From the NCBI GenBank assembly GCA_024404275.1, contig JAKSQG010000014.1:1-21115 (forward strand): a DNA stretch of 21,115 nt, in the 5' to 3' direction. The stretch's first letter is position 1, and every line of letters begins with the position of its first letter. Made by a program: the position numbers and the translations under genes. This document shows positions 1 through 8,432 of the stretch, piece by piece. The notes beneath the pieces are model-generated. The model made no database searches and was not told where the DNA came from. It saw nothing but the letters and a program-made list of their open reading frames with translations. Source of the DNA: Clostridia bacterium. Lineage in GTDB: Bacteria; Bacillota; Clostridia; Christensenellales; Aristaeellaceae.

Positions 1-2
1 AT

Positions 3-509
3 TTGACCCTACTCGAAGATATTCTGCGCCATAACGCGCAGGACATCGCCGGATTGGCCCGGCTGCTGTACGTACTGGCAGGGTTACATCTCCAGCCGGA
101 AACCGCACATTATGCTCAGGATCTTTACTCACTCGGACGTATCCAAGAAAAACGCGGTCTCATTACCTCGGCCAGAAAATGCTACAAGGCTGCAGATTCC
201 GGTGCCGTCAGTGCTCTCAGCCGTGCGCGGCTTGCCCTTACTTATCAAAGGGAGGGAGAGTGGCAACAAGCTGCAAGCATTTGGCAGCTGATGATCCGTA
301 CTCATCAGGGTGGAGCGGAACCCTATATCGCTCTGGCCAAGCTGCAAGAGCATCGTTTTCATGATCCTTCGGCAGCTGCTGCGACCGTACGATCTGCGCT
401 GGTCTATATGACCGATCAGCCCTCCACCAGCAAAAACAAGCAGCTTTTTGACGATCTGACGCGGCGTTATCATCGTCTGCTGCACACCATCTCCCACCAA
501 ACCGTTTAA
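3..509 (+). CDS. 3' fragment of a larger gene cut by the window edge; possible RNase H-like (YprB-type) exonuclease C-terminus followed by TPR-like helical repeats
   Basis: The open frame runs from the window edge, and the TTG at position 3 is probably not a real start. ILRHNAQDIAGL resembles the last H-x4-D exonuclease motif. The rest is helical and repeat-like. Stop codon is TAA. Confidence 0.4.
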   Translation: MTLLEDILRHNAQDIAGLARLLYVLAGLHLQPETAHYAQDLYSLGRIQEKRGLITSARKCYKAADSGAVSALSRARLALTYQREGEWQQAASIWQLMIRTHQGGAEPYIALAKLQEHRFHDPSAAAATVRSALVYMTDQPSTSKNKQLFDDLTRRYHRLLHTISHQTV

Positions 510-535
510 CTATCGCTACAAGGAGGAACATTTCA

Positions 536-1240
536 ATGGCATTCGGAGATACTTTCAGGGTACGTGCTTCTGTCGCCAAGCAACGCAAAGGTGATATTGA
601 AGGTGCAAAAGCCGATTATCAGCAGTATTATGACCGCGGGCTTATTCTCTCCTTTTATCTGATTCCATGGTCCATTCTGCTTCTCCGCGAAGGCGGCCAG
701 GAGAACCTGCTCAAGGTGAAGGAGATCCTTGTCAAAGCCCAAAAGGCACCCGACCTGAATCCCAACACCCGCAGCGATCTGCTGACCTATTTTGCCGTAG
801 CACAGTGGCTGTTGGGTGAAAAGGACAAAGCCGTGGAGCTGATGGAGCGTGTGCATCAGAAATCCCCCATGAGCAACACCTATACAGCACTCGGCTATAT
901 GTATATTGACACTGTCACCCCCGAAAAGGCATTGGAATTCTGTCTGAATGCCCTTGAGTATGATGATGAGGACCCTGTGCTGCTCGATAACGTGGGACAG
1001 ACCTATTATCGTGCCCTGCATGATCCTGAAAAAGCCCTGCCGTACTTCAAAAAGGCCATTGAGATCAAAGATACGCAGGTGGACACGCTGTGGTTCCTTT
1101 CCCGTTACGATCTGGAAGCCGGCGATAAAGCCGCCGCCATCGAAAAGCTGGAACGCTCTTTGGAAGGCCGTTTTGCCCCCCTCAATTACCGCAACCGTGG
1201 TGATATTGAGGCCGAGCTCGCCCGCTTGATGGCCGAATAA
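536..1240 (+). CDS. tetratricopeptide-repeat (TPR) protein
   Basis: An AGGAGG ribosome-binding site at 521-526 lies 9 nt before the ATG. The 234-aa product has repeated A/Y/L TPR-like helices (ALEFCLNALEYD, YYRALHDPEKALPYFKKAIEI). Stop codon is TAA, followed by a terminator. Confidence 0.7.
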   Translation: MAFGDTFRVRASVAKQRKGDIEGAKADYQQYYDRGLILSFYLIPWSILLLREGGQENLLKVKEILVKAQKAPDLNPNTRSDLLTYFAVAQWLLGEKDKAVELMERVHQKSPMSNTYTALGYMYIDTVTPEKALEFCLNALEYDDEDPVLLDNVGQTYYRALHDPEKALPYFKKAIEIKDTQVDTLWFLSRYDLEAGDKAAAIEKLERSLEGRFAPLNYRNRGDIEAELARLMAE

Positions 1241-1249
1241 ATGCACAGC

Positions 1250-1277
1250 AAAAAAGTCCGCTTTCGCGGACTTTTTT
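1250..1277. terminator. bidirectional intrinsic terminator between convergent genes
   Basis: A-tract, GTCCGC stem (1256-1261), TTTC loop, GCGGAC stem (1266-1271), then TTTTTT. It sits between the TPR stop (1240) and the MATE stop (1279). Confidence 0.75.
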
Positions 1278-1278
1278 A

Positions 1279-2691
1279 TTATGCCAGCTTTTTGTCCAAC
1301 CACTTTTTCTGACGGATACGTTTTCCGAGAAGCCCCTGCCGCACAAAGGCATCAACGACATAGGCGATCCACGGACCGGTCGCAGCCAGATAATAGCCGG
1401 GATACATCTGCTCCAGCGGGATGCAGAACACATAGGTCAGAATGGGGCGAAGAATGGTAACGCTCAGCAGCGCGCAAATCGCTACATAGCGCACATCGCC
1501 GGCACCGCGGAGACAGCCGGAATAGACCACGCGTCCGTTTTGCGGTATCATACCGAGGTTGCATACCCAGAAGGAAACGGTCACCATGCGGATGACGACT
1601 TCATCGGTGGTAAACAGCAGCGCCAGCTGACGGCTCAGGATAAAGATGACTACCATTAACAGTGTAGAGATTACAAAACCGATCTTCCTGCAGATCATCG
1701 CGTGTGCATAAGCCAGGTCCTTGCGTTTTGCGCCCAGGCTTTGTCCAACCAGCGATGTACCGGCCACCGCCACGCCATCCCCCAGCGTGAAGGACAGCGT
1801 TGTTACCTGCGAGGTGATTTGGTACGCGGCGAAAACCATAGTTCCGGCAGCAGCCACCATCTTGGCGTTGATGAAGAATCCGATGCGCAGGCAGGCGGAT
1901 TCCAGTACCGAGCCGCTGCCGACATTCATAAGGCTCTTCAGCGTTTCTTTGTCAAACTTCGGCAACTTCAGATGATAATAACCGTTTTTGCGGCAAACAT
2001 TGAAAATGGCGATGAGACAGGAAACGCAGGTACCCGATACTGTGGCGATCGCTGCTCCACGAACGCCCAGAGCGGGGAAACCGAAATGCCCGCCGATAAG
2101 CAGATAGTTGAGGCACACGTTCACCAGGTTGGCCGTGATATTGGTCACCATGGTGATTCGCGTCTCGCCAATGGCTTTAAGAGCTGCACAGATACACAGT
2201 GACCAGCTGTTGAACATCAAGCCAAGGGCGATGATACGGAAGTAAGCAGTACTCAATTCCAGTGTGTCTTCATTTGCACCGGCCAGGTTCATCAGGAACC
2301 CTGCTCCGAAGTAACCCAGCACCATCATGATAGCGCCAAGAACGGTTGCCAACGCGAGCGACTGGTTCAAGCAGTTGTTTGCACCCTCGGGGTTACCCGC
2401 GCCTTTTCTTCTGGCACAAATGGCGGTAGTGCCCACACACAGTGCCTGCATCACCACGAGCAGAATCATACGCGGTTGGCTGGTTAATCCCACCGAAGCG
2501 ATGGCTGCCGTTCCCAATGTTCCCACCATGGCGGTATCCACGGAGCTGATGATGCTCATCAAAGCGCCTTCCACAATGGAAGGCCAGGCAATGCGCAGGT
2601 TTTGTTTGTATAGGGCGGCTGATTCGCTTGCGGTAAGCTGGTTTCCGTCCCCGTCCCGCACACACATCAGCTTTTCAATTGATTTCAACAT
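1279..2691 (-). CDS. MATE family multidrug/toxin efflux transporter
   Basis: The 470-aa polytopic membrane protein has a typical MATE N-terminus (LRIAWPSIVEGALMSIISSVDTAMVGTLG...ASVGL). Its two-fold internal repeat is consistent with 12 transmembrane helices. Confidence 0.88.
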   Translation of the reverse strand: MLKSIEKLMCVRDGDGNQLTASESAALYKQNLRIAWPSIVEGALMSIISSVDTAMVGTLGTAAIASVGLTSQPRMILLVVMQALCVGTTAICARRKGAGNPEGANNCLNQSLALATVLGAIMMVLGYFGAGFLMNLAGANEDTLELSTAYFRIIALGLMFNSWSLCICAALKAIGETRITMVTNITANLVNVCLNYLLIGGHFGFPALGVRGAAIATVSGTCVSCLIAIFNVCRKNGYYHLKLPKFDKETLKSLMNVGSGSVLESACLRIGFFINAKMVAAAGTMVFAAYQITSQVTTLSFTLGDGVAVAGTSLVGQSLGAKRKDLAYAHAMICRKIGFVISTLLMVVIFILSRQLALLFTTDEVVIRMVTVSFWVCNLGMIPQNGRVVYSGCLRGAGDVRYVAICALLSVTILRPILTYVFCIPLEQMYPGYYLAATGPWIAYVVDAFVRQGLLGKRIRQKKWLDKKLA

Positions 2692-2728
2692 AATGCCTTC
2701 TTCTATACTCTGATTTTCAAAACCGTAC

Positions 2729-2737
2729 TATTATACC
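2729..2737 (-). promoter_or_regulatory. candidate extended -10 promoter for the MATE gene
   Basis: The minus strand reads TGgTATAAT about 40 nt upstream of the MATE ATG. No good -35 element is present. Confidence 0.3.
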
Positions 2738-2872
2738 ATAGCTGTAAAGCAAGTTCCAGTCCTATGCAAACATATTTCAAACAAACCCGCAAATTACGTA
2801 TCCATTTCCAACAGTGACAATGATTGCAAAAACAAGGTGTTGAAAAAAAGAAAAAATAACTTAAATTTGTGC

Positions 2873-2901
2873 TTGACATTCCATCCCCTTTCTGCTATAA
2901 T
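2873..2901 (+). promoter_or_regulatory. consensus sigma-A/sigma-70 promoter driving the tRNA
   Basis: TTGACA (2873-2878), a 17-nt spacer, then TGcTATAAT (-10 at 2896-2901, extended TG at 2893-2894). An A-rich UP-like tract lies upstream at 2843-2870. Confidence 0.75.
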
Positions 2902-2952
2902 TCTTCTTGCTTCAGGGGAGTCAGAAAGATTCCTGAGGAAGCAAATGTGGAT

Positions 2953-3029
2953 CTGGGTGTAGCGCAGCTTGGTAGCGTGCTTGAATGGGGTTCAAGAGGT
3001 CGAGAGTTCAAATCTCTCCACCCAGACCA
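2953..3029 (+). tRNA. tRNA-Pro, anticodon GGG, with encoded CCA
   Basis: Manual cloverleaf: acceptor CTGGGTG/CACCCAG (C1-G72, typical of bacterial tRNA-Pro), D-arm GCGC/GCGT, anticodon stem CTTGA/TCAAG with loop A-T-GGG-G-T (G37), T-arm GAGAG-TTCAAAT-CTCTC, then discriminator A plus CCA. Length is 77 nt. Confidence 0.92.
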
Positions 3030-3030
3030 A

Positions 3031-3057
3031 AGAAGTGATGTAAATCACTTCTTTTTT
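3031..3057 (+). terminator. intrinsic terminator after the tRNA
   Basis: AGAAGTGAT stem, GTAA loop, ATCACTTCT stem (9-bp), followed by TTTTT. Confidence 0.75.
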
Positions 3058-3077
3058 GTTGCTTTTTTACACATATG

Positions 3078-3110
3078 AAGCGCCCGGGCCTTTCTTTGGT
3101 CCGGGCGCTT
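3078..3110 (-). terminator. GC-rich hairpin downstream of the ABC ATPase gene; possible terminator with a weak U-tract
   Basis: AAGCGCCCGG (3078-3087) pairs with CCGGGCGCTT (3101-3110), 34 nt past the ATPase stop. No clear T-run follows it on the minus strand. Confidence 0.4.
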
Positions 3111-3143
3111 TCCATGATGCAGTTGTTTTATCGGAAACGATCG

Positions 3144-4274
3144 TTATTCCCCGCAGCAAAGGTTCAGCTTGCTTTCAGCATCAAAGAAATGCATCACCTT
3201 GCCGCTGAAGGTAATGTTCAGCCTGGCGCCGGCAACAAGACCGGAACGCTGAGCGCTGCTCAGGTTCAGAGTAGGTACACGCACAATGAGGCGGGTGCCG
3301 TCCTCGGTATACACGTGCAGATGCAGCTCGCTGCCCATCATTTCGTTGACCTCGAGTGTGCAGGGAATGCTGCTTTCAGAGGCGCTGTCTGCCAGCACAA
3401 TGTGCTCCGGCCGCACACCAAGGATGATCTCGCGACTGCCTACATCTCCCTCGAGCAGCAGCTCTCGCTTCTCTCCATCCACCGGCAGTCTGGCCCCAAA
3501 GGGACTGACCGTATAGTTGTCACCGCTCCGGGTCAGTTTGGTGGGAATCATATTCATCTTGGGTGCGCCGATAAACTCCGCTACAAAGATATTGCGGGGC
3601 ATCTCAAACACTTCCGTCGGCGTACCGACCTGCTCAATATAACCATCCTGCATGATCACGATCCGGTCGCCCAATGTCATGGCTTCGGTCTGGTCATGTG
3701 TCACATAAATGAATGTGGTATTCAGCTTCTGACGCAGCAGAATGATTTCCGCTCGCATCTGATTGCGCAGTTTGGCATCCAGGTTGCTCAGCGGCTCATC
3801 CATCAGAAAGACCTTTGAATTACGCACCATGGCGCGGCCAATGGCCACGCGCTGGCGCTGACCACCCGACAAGGCGCGGGGTTTGCGTGTCAGATAATCA
3901 GTAATGCCCAGAATCTCGGCAGCATTGGTCACCTTTTCATAGATCTCGTCTTCCGGCATCTTTTTGAGCCGCAGAGAGAAGGCGATATTGTCATACACCG
4001 TCATATGGGGATAGAGCGCGTAGTTCTGGAAGACCATGGCGATATCGCGATCCTTGGGCTGCAGGTCGTTGACCACTTCACCGTCAATCTCCACCGTGCC
4101 CTCGCTGATATCCTCCAGACCGGCCACCATGCGCAGCGTGGTGGATTTGCCGCAGCCGGAGGGGCCGACAAACACCACAAACTCTTTATCCTTGATATCC
4201 AGGTTAAAGTCGTGTACGGCAGTCACTTTGTTATCATATATCTTTTTGACACCCGTCAGCTTTACACTTGCCAT
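3144..4274 (-). CDS. sugar ABC transporter ATP-binding protein (MalK/MsmX/UgpC type with a C-terminal regulatory domain)
   Basis: Walker A GPSGCGKST, Q-loop, signature LSGGQRQRVAIGRA, Walker B VFLMDEPLSNLD and H-loop VTHDQ are all present. The start was chosen at MASVKL (ATG 4274) because AGGAGA lies 6 nt upstream. The ORF-track start at 4316 would overlap the upstream permease gene. Confidence 0.93.
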   Translation of the reverse strand: MASVKLTGVKKIYDNKVTAVHDFNLDIKDKEFVVFVGPSGCGKSTTLRMVAGLEDISEGTVEIDGEVVNDLQPKDRDIAMVFQNYALYPHMTVYDNIAFSLRLKKMPEDEIYEKVTNAAEILGITDYLTRKPRALSGGQRQRVAIGRAMVRNSKVFLMDEPLSNLDAKLRNQMRAEIILLRQKLNTTFIYVTHDQTEAMTLGDRIVIMQDGYIEQVGTPTEVFEMPRNIFVAEFIGAPKMNMIPTKLTRSGDNYTVSPFGARLPVDGEKRELLLEGDVGSREIILGVRPEHIVLADSASESSIPCTLEVNEMMGSELHLHVYTEDGTRLIVRVPTLNLSSAQRSGLVAGARLNITFSGKVMHFFDAESKLNLCCGE

Positions 4275-4299
4275 ATTGATTCTCCTTTCTTGTTGCCCG

Positions 4300-5178
4300 T
4301 CATCCCTTGACGGCACCGCCGGTCACACCCTCGACATAATACTTCTGCAGGCACAGGAACAGCACAGTGACCGGGATGGCCACCAGCACGCCGCCGGCAC
4401 AGAAGAGCGTGTAATTGTTGGCGATCTGGTCTTTGTTCAGCCATCCGTACATACCGACCGCGACGTTTTTGCCGGCGCTGGCGCCCATGGACACATACTG
4501 TGCAAAGACAAAGTCGCCCCAGGGGCTCATAAAGGCCGTCAGAACGGTATAAATGACAATGGGCTTGGACAGCGGAAGAATGATCTTTTTGAGCACCTGA
4601 AAGCGCGTAGCGCCGTCCACGCGTGCCGCCTCGTCGAGGGATTTGGGAATGGTGTCAAAGAAACCCTTGGACACATAATAAAGCATACCGGAGGAGGCAA
4701 CGTACACCAGGATCAATCCGGGTACGGCATTGGCCTGCGTCATGCCCAGATCGGCCAGCACGCGGTAGAGGATGATCATTGTCAGCATGCCCGGGAACAT
4801 GCCCAGGATCAGCATCAAGCGCATCAGCAGCTTGCGCCCTTTGAAACGGAAACGGCTCAGCGCGTAGCTCATACACAGCACGATGAACGTCTGAAGAACA
4901 GAAGAAACCAGCGCAATGATAAAGGTGTTCAGATACCATTTGGGAAAATCCGTCTGGAAAAGCCTGAGATAGTTATCAATGCCCCAGCGTTTGGGGATCA
5001 CATAGCCGACCGGCATGGTATTTTCCACGCGGAAGGATTGAAGCAGAATGCAGATAAAGGGAATCAGCCAGACAACGGAGATGACCGCCAGCAGCACATA
5101 AATGGCGGTATTGCTGATTCTGCGGGAGGTTTTCAGGCCCATGTGCTTCTTGGGGGCCATCACAGTATTCTCACTCAT
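4300..5178 (-). CDS. carbohydrate ABC transporter permease (MalG/GanQ-like)
   Basis: The 292-aa protein has 6 predicted transmembrane helices and an EAA-type loop (LDEAARVDGATRFQVLKKIILPLSKP). Its ATG overlaps the stop of the upstream permease (TAATG). Confidence 0.9.
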   Translation of the reverse strand: MSENTVMAPKKHMGLKTSRRISNTAIYVLLAVISVVWLIPFICILLQSFRVENTMPVGYVIPKRWGIDNYLRLFQTDFPKWYLNTFIIALVSSVLQTFIVLCMSYALSRFRFKGRKLLMRLMLILGMFPGMLTMIILYRVLADLGMTQANAVPGLILVYVASSGMLYYVSKGFFDTIPKSLDEAARVDGATRFQVLKKIILPLSKPIVIYTVLTAFMSPWGDFVFAQYVSMGASAGKNVAVGMYGWLNKDQIANNYTLFCAGGVLVAIPVTVLFLCLQKYYVEGVTGGAVKG

Positions 5179-6719
5179 TACTGGAAATCCTCCTCATTTT
5201 TGATGGACGGCAGCAGGTTGTAGACCACCAGCGAAATGATAGCCACGACCAGGAATACCAGAATACCGACCACCGAAGCCAGATAATAGTTCGCCTCCGC
5301 GCCCTGTGTGATCTTAAACAGCCAGGTGATCAGCAGATCGGTGTAACCTACCGTGCCGGGAGCGGTAGACAGGTTGTTGGTCGGGGCGCCGCCCGTGAGC
5401 AGATAGATCACATTGAAGTTGTTCATGTTGCCCGTGAAACTGGTCAGCAGATAAGGACCCGTCACAAACAGCATATAGGGCAGCGTAATCTTGGAATACT
5501 GCTGCCAGCCGCTGGCGCCGTCGATGCGGGCAGACTCATACAGATCGGCCGGAATATTCATCAGAATGCCGGTGGTGATCAGCATCAGATACGGAATGCC
5601 GATCCAGATGTTGATGATGATTACGGTAATGCGCGCCCAGGTGGGATCCGTCCAGAACGGCAGCAGATGATCCATATCAATGATGCCCAGATCCATCAGC
5701 AGACCGTTGACGATGCCGTTGCTGGCAAACATTTTGGATACATAAAGCAGCGAAATAAACTGCGGAATGGCCACTGTCATCACCAGTACGGTACGCCAGC
5801 CTTTTTTGAAATGAATGCCTTTTTTATTGATGGCCATGGCCACCATCATGCCCAGGAAATAGTTGGTGAAGGTCGCAAAGAACGCCCAGATCAGCGTCCA
5901 CGCCAGCACCTCGCCAAAGGTCGCGGCATAAGAAGAGGAACCGTTGGTCCAGTTGAGCATGGTATTGAAATTATCCAGGCCCACCCAATGGAACAGGTTG
6001 TTGGTATAACCGTTGTTGGCACCGCAATAGTTGGTAAACGCGACCAGAATCATGAAGATGATGGGCAAAACGGTAAATACCAGAATGCCCGTCATCGGCA
6101 GCGCCAGCAGCGTTTTGTGGAACTGATCATCCACCAGCGAGCGCAGGTCTTCCTTGCCGCTCCTGAGCTTTTTTCCGCTCTTGAGGATGCGTTCCGCCGT
6201 CAAGTTCTGCTTCACATTCACACGCCAAGTGTAAATAAACGCGATGATGAAGAAGATGGTCAGTACGCTGTAAAGCAGGATGCGGAAGGAATTGTCATGA
6301 TAGATGGTCACTGTCGCCGTACCGCGAAGGCCGCTGGCCACTTTTTCGGTCGTCGGACCCTGTTTACCCAACGATGGCATCATACCCAGATAATAGCCTC
6401 CGAAGAGTACCATGTACCCGATAAAAACAACTTCGAACAGCAGGAACAAAACTCCTCGCAGGATCTGTCCGCGCGCAAAACAGCCAAAGCCCATCACCAG
6501 ATAAGAGACTTTGGTCTTCCAGTCCCCTGTTACAAAACCCATACAGATGTCACGAGCTTCGCCCGCAATTTTCAAAGCCGCCTGTTTGATGCCGGTAAGA
6601 AGCATCAGGAAAAAGGCGGCCGTTTTTCGGGGAATGGAACAGAGAAAGCTCAGCAGTTTCAAGCCGAACCGCTTTCCCTTTTTCATCCGCAGATATTCAA
6701 GGTCTGTGTATTTAACCAT
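5178..6719 (-). CDS. carbohydrate ABC transporter permease (MalF/GanP-like, with a long N-terminal extension)
   Basis: The 513-aa polytopic protein has an EAA loop (YESARIDGASGWQQYSKITLPYM). Confidence 0.9.
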   Translation of the reverse strand: MVKYTDLEYLRMKKGKRFGLKLLSFLCSIPRKTAAFFLMLLTGIKQAALKIAGEARDICMGFVTGDWKTKVSYLVMGFGCFARGQILRGVLFLLFEVVFIGYMVLFGGYYLGMMPSLGKQGPTTEKVASGLRGTATVTIYHDNSFRILLYSVLTIFFIIAFIYTWRVNVKQNLTAERILKSGKKLRSGKEDLRSLVDDQFHKTLLALPMTGILVFTVLPIIFMILVAFTNYCGANNGYTNNLFHWVGLDNFNTMLNWTNGSSSYAATFGEVLAWTLIWAFFATFTNYFLGMMVAMAINKKGIHFKKGWRTVLVMTVAIPQFISLLYVSKMFASNGIVNGLLMDLGIIDMDHLLPFWTDPTWARITVIIINIWIGIPYLMLITTGILMNIPADLYESARIDGASGWQQYSKITLPYMLFVTGPYLLTSFTGNMNNFNVIYLLTGGAPTNNLSTAPGTVGYTDLLITWLFKITQGAEANYYLASVVGILVFLVVAIISLVVYNLLPSIKNEEDFQ

Positions 6720-6743
6720 CGATCGCTCCCTCTTTCAAAACAG

Positions 6744-6769
6744 CCGGAGCCGGGCTCACCCGACTCCGG
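6744..6769 (-). terminator. intercistronic hairpin after the binding-protein gene; candidate partial terminator or mRNA stabiliser
   Basis: CCGGAGCCGGG, CTCA loop, CCCGACTCCGG (10 of 11 positions pair). On the minus strand it is followed by CTGTTTTG. It lies between the SBP stop (6808) and the permease start (6719). Confidence 0.45.
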
Positions 6770-6807
6770 CCGCTGCAGCCGTTCGCCGTATCGCGGCGGA
6801 AGAATTG

Positions 6808-8328
6808 TTATTCGGTCACCAGGCTGACTTCGCCGGTGGTTTCGTTGAACTGCACAAAGTAAGTGCCGTCGGCTTCCACCTTGAAGTTGTCGGCCGGGAA
6901 AGCGTTATCCCAGCTACGACCCTGACGCACCTTGAACTCGGTACCGGCGGGCATGGCATAAGCCTGAGTGGTCTTCCAGATGCCGTTTTCGCCGGTCATC
7001 GGGATATCATCGGCCCAGTTGGAGCGGGTTTCGCCGTTGTAATCGGTATAGAAGAAGCCATCCACCAGATTGCAGGTGCCGATCACGCCCCAGGAAGTCT
7101 TTTCTTCACTGGTCATGGTGAACAGCGCGGCGATCTTGGAGGTGTAGTTATCCAGCGCGGCCTGCAGACCGGCTTCGTCCTGAGCAGCCTTCACGTCATC
7201 GCCGATAACCTTGGCAATATCCCACCAGGCGCCGTGGATCTGACCCTGAGGAGTGGAGTAGGGAGACTGAGCCAGCAGAGCAGCCAGACCGGGGTTGGCC
7301 TGAACGGCTTCGGATTCCTGCGCCAGCAGATTGGAGGGGCCCCAGGCCATCTCGTTGAAGCGGTCCATCTGGCAATCATAACCGGTCAGGTACTCCGCCA
7401 GAATTTCCAGAGCAACGGCCTTGTCGCCATCCACCTGAGGCTTAATGCCCAGCAGCTTGCTGCCGGAGAAGCTGCCCAGATGATAGTTAACGCCGTCCAC
7501 AGTGAAGCAGGGCAGGTCAGCCACGCCCATGTTCTCGCCCAGAATGGATTCCACAGTGGCGTAGTCCCAGGTACCGGTCACAACCACAGCGCTGCCGGAC
7601 GCGAAGTCGGCACCGGCGGAGGAGTTGACCAGGCAGCTGGAGTCCACCAGCTTCTTCATACCCTTCACGGCAATCAGGCCGTTCGGGCTGTTGAAGGTAT
7701 CGTTAACGGAAATGAAATCGCCGTTTTCATCGGTCGTCCACTCAGACACGCAGCCGGTGGCGAAGAAGAAGGAGGCGTTGTACCAGGCGCTGCTGTTCAT
7801 TTCGAAGGAGAAGAACTTGCCGGCAGCCTCACAGTCGGCGATGATGGCTTCCAGAGAATCCACATCCGCCTCGGGGATCACGCTCTTGTCATAATACATG
7901 AAGTAGCCGTTATCAGCGGTCAGCGGATAGGCGTACATCACATCACCGGCCATACCGGCAGCCACAACGCCGGCGGCGTTGGCTTCGGTCACGATGGCGG
8001 CAGAGTCTTCGCTCAGCTCAGCCAGAGCACCGGCCTGCACCAGACGGGCAAACTGGTCATTGGCGAAGCAGTAAATATCCGCACCGGCTTCGACGTCCAC
8101 GATCATGTTGGTCGCGGCTTCACCTTCGGAAACAGGTTCCACGGCGGCGTTGAACTTGATGCCGTATTCGTTGGTGGCATTGAAGGTTTCGATCTGAGCC
8201 TTGGTCATGTCGACGATCTTTTCGGCGACCCAAACAGTGATGTTGTACTCGTAGGTGTTTTCAGCCAGGGCGGACACCATGGACAGAGCCATCACTACGG
8301 ACAGTACAAGAGCGAGCAGTTTCTTCAT
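6808..8328 (-). CDS. extracellular solute-binding protein (family 1, MalE/CycB/GanS-like) with an extra C-terminal beta-sandwich (CBM-like) domain
   Basis: The N-terminal signal peptide is MKKLLALVLSVVMALSMVSALA|EN. Residues of about 25-405 form a family-1 SBP-like body. Residues 411-506 are an additional domain with WGVIG...W...M...GIW...AGTEFKVRQGRSWDN...DGTYFV. Confidence 0.85.
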   Translation of the reverse strand: MKKLLALVLSVVMALSMVSALAENTYEYNITVWVAEKIVDMTKAQIETFNATNEYGIKFNAAVEPVSEGEAATNMIVDVEAGADIYCFANDQFARLVQAGALAELSEDSAAIVTEANAAGVVAAGMAGDVMYAYPLTADNGYFMYYDKSVIPEADVDSLEAIIADCEAAGKFFSFEMNSSAWYNASFFFATGCVSEWTTDENGDFISVNDTFNSPNGLIAVKGMKKLVDSSCLVNSSAGADFASGSAVVVTGTWDYATVESILGENMGVADLPCFTVDGVNYHLGSFSGSKLLGIKPQVDGDKAVALEILAEYLTGYDCQMDRFNEMAWGPSNLLAQESEAVQANPGLAALLAQSPYSTPQGQIHGAWWDIAKVIGDDVKAAQDEAGLQAALDNYTSKIAALFTMTSEEKTSWGVIGTCNLVDGFFYTDYNGETRSNWADDIPMTGENGIWKTTQAYAMPAGTEFKVRQGRSWDNAFPADNFKVEADGTYFVQFNETTGEVSLVTE

Positions 8329-8403
8329 TAGTACTTCATCCTTTCTTTTATTTCAAAGACTTTCGTCTATGAATCACGCCTTATATGGTTAACAATCGAC
8401 CAT

Positions 8404-8432
8404 ATTATAGTCTGTTCATTAGTCTTTGTCAA
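8404..8432 (-). promoter_or_regulatory. perfect-consensus promoter for the transporter genes, overlapping the 3' end of the GH42 gene
   Basis: The minus strand reads TTGACA (8432-8427), a 17-nt spacer, then TATAAT (8409-8404). Confidence 0.6.

Noticed and set aside
2953-3029. Whether the only tRNA in the window could be an amber suppressor that explains the internal TAGs.
   Set aside because: Its anticodon is GGG with G37 and C1-G72, so it is an ordinary tRNA-Pro. No CUA-anticodon tRNA is visible in the window.
4275-4316. A 14-codon N-terminal extension of the ABC ATPase (MPSRDDGQQERRIN...) as listed in the ORF track.
   Set aside because: It would overlap the upstream permease gene and has no ribosome-binding site. 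MASVKL at 4274 has AGGAGA at the proper spacing and matches the usual ATPase N-terminus.
6511-8331. Very long antisense ORFs. Examples are 606 aa opposite the SBP gene, 395 and 386 aa opposite the permeases, 401 aa opposite pyk, 402 aa opposite the SGNH gene, 350 and 266 aa opposite GH53, and 256 aa opposite the TPR gene.
   Set aside because: Their translations are low-complexity and rich in G, H, Q and R. They have no ribosome-binding sites and match no motif I recognise. The opposite strand encodes proteins with clear family motifs. These are shadow ORFs, which are common in moderately GC-rich coding DNA.
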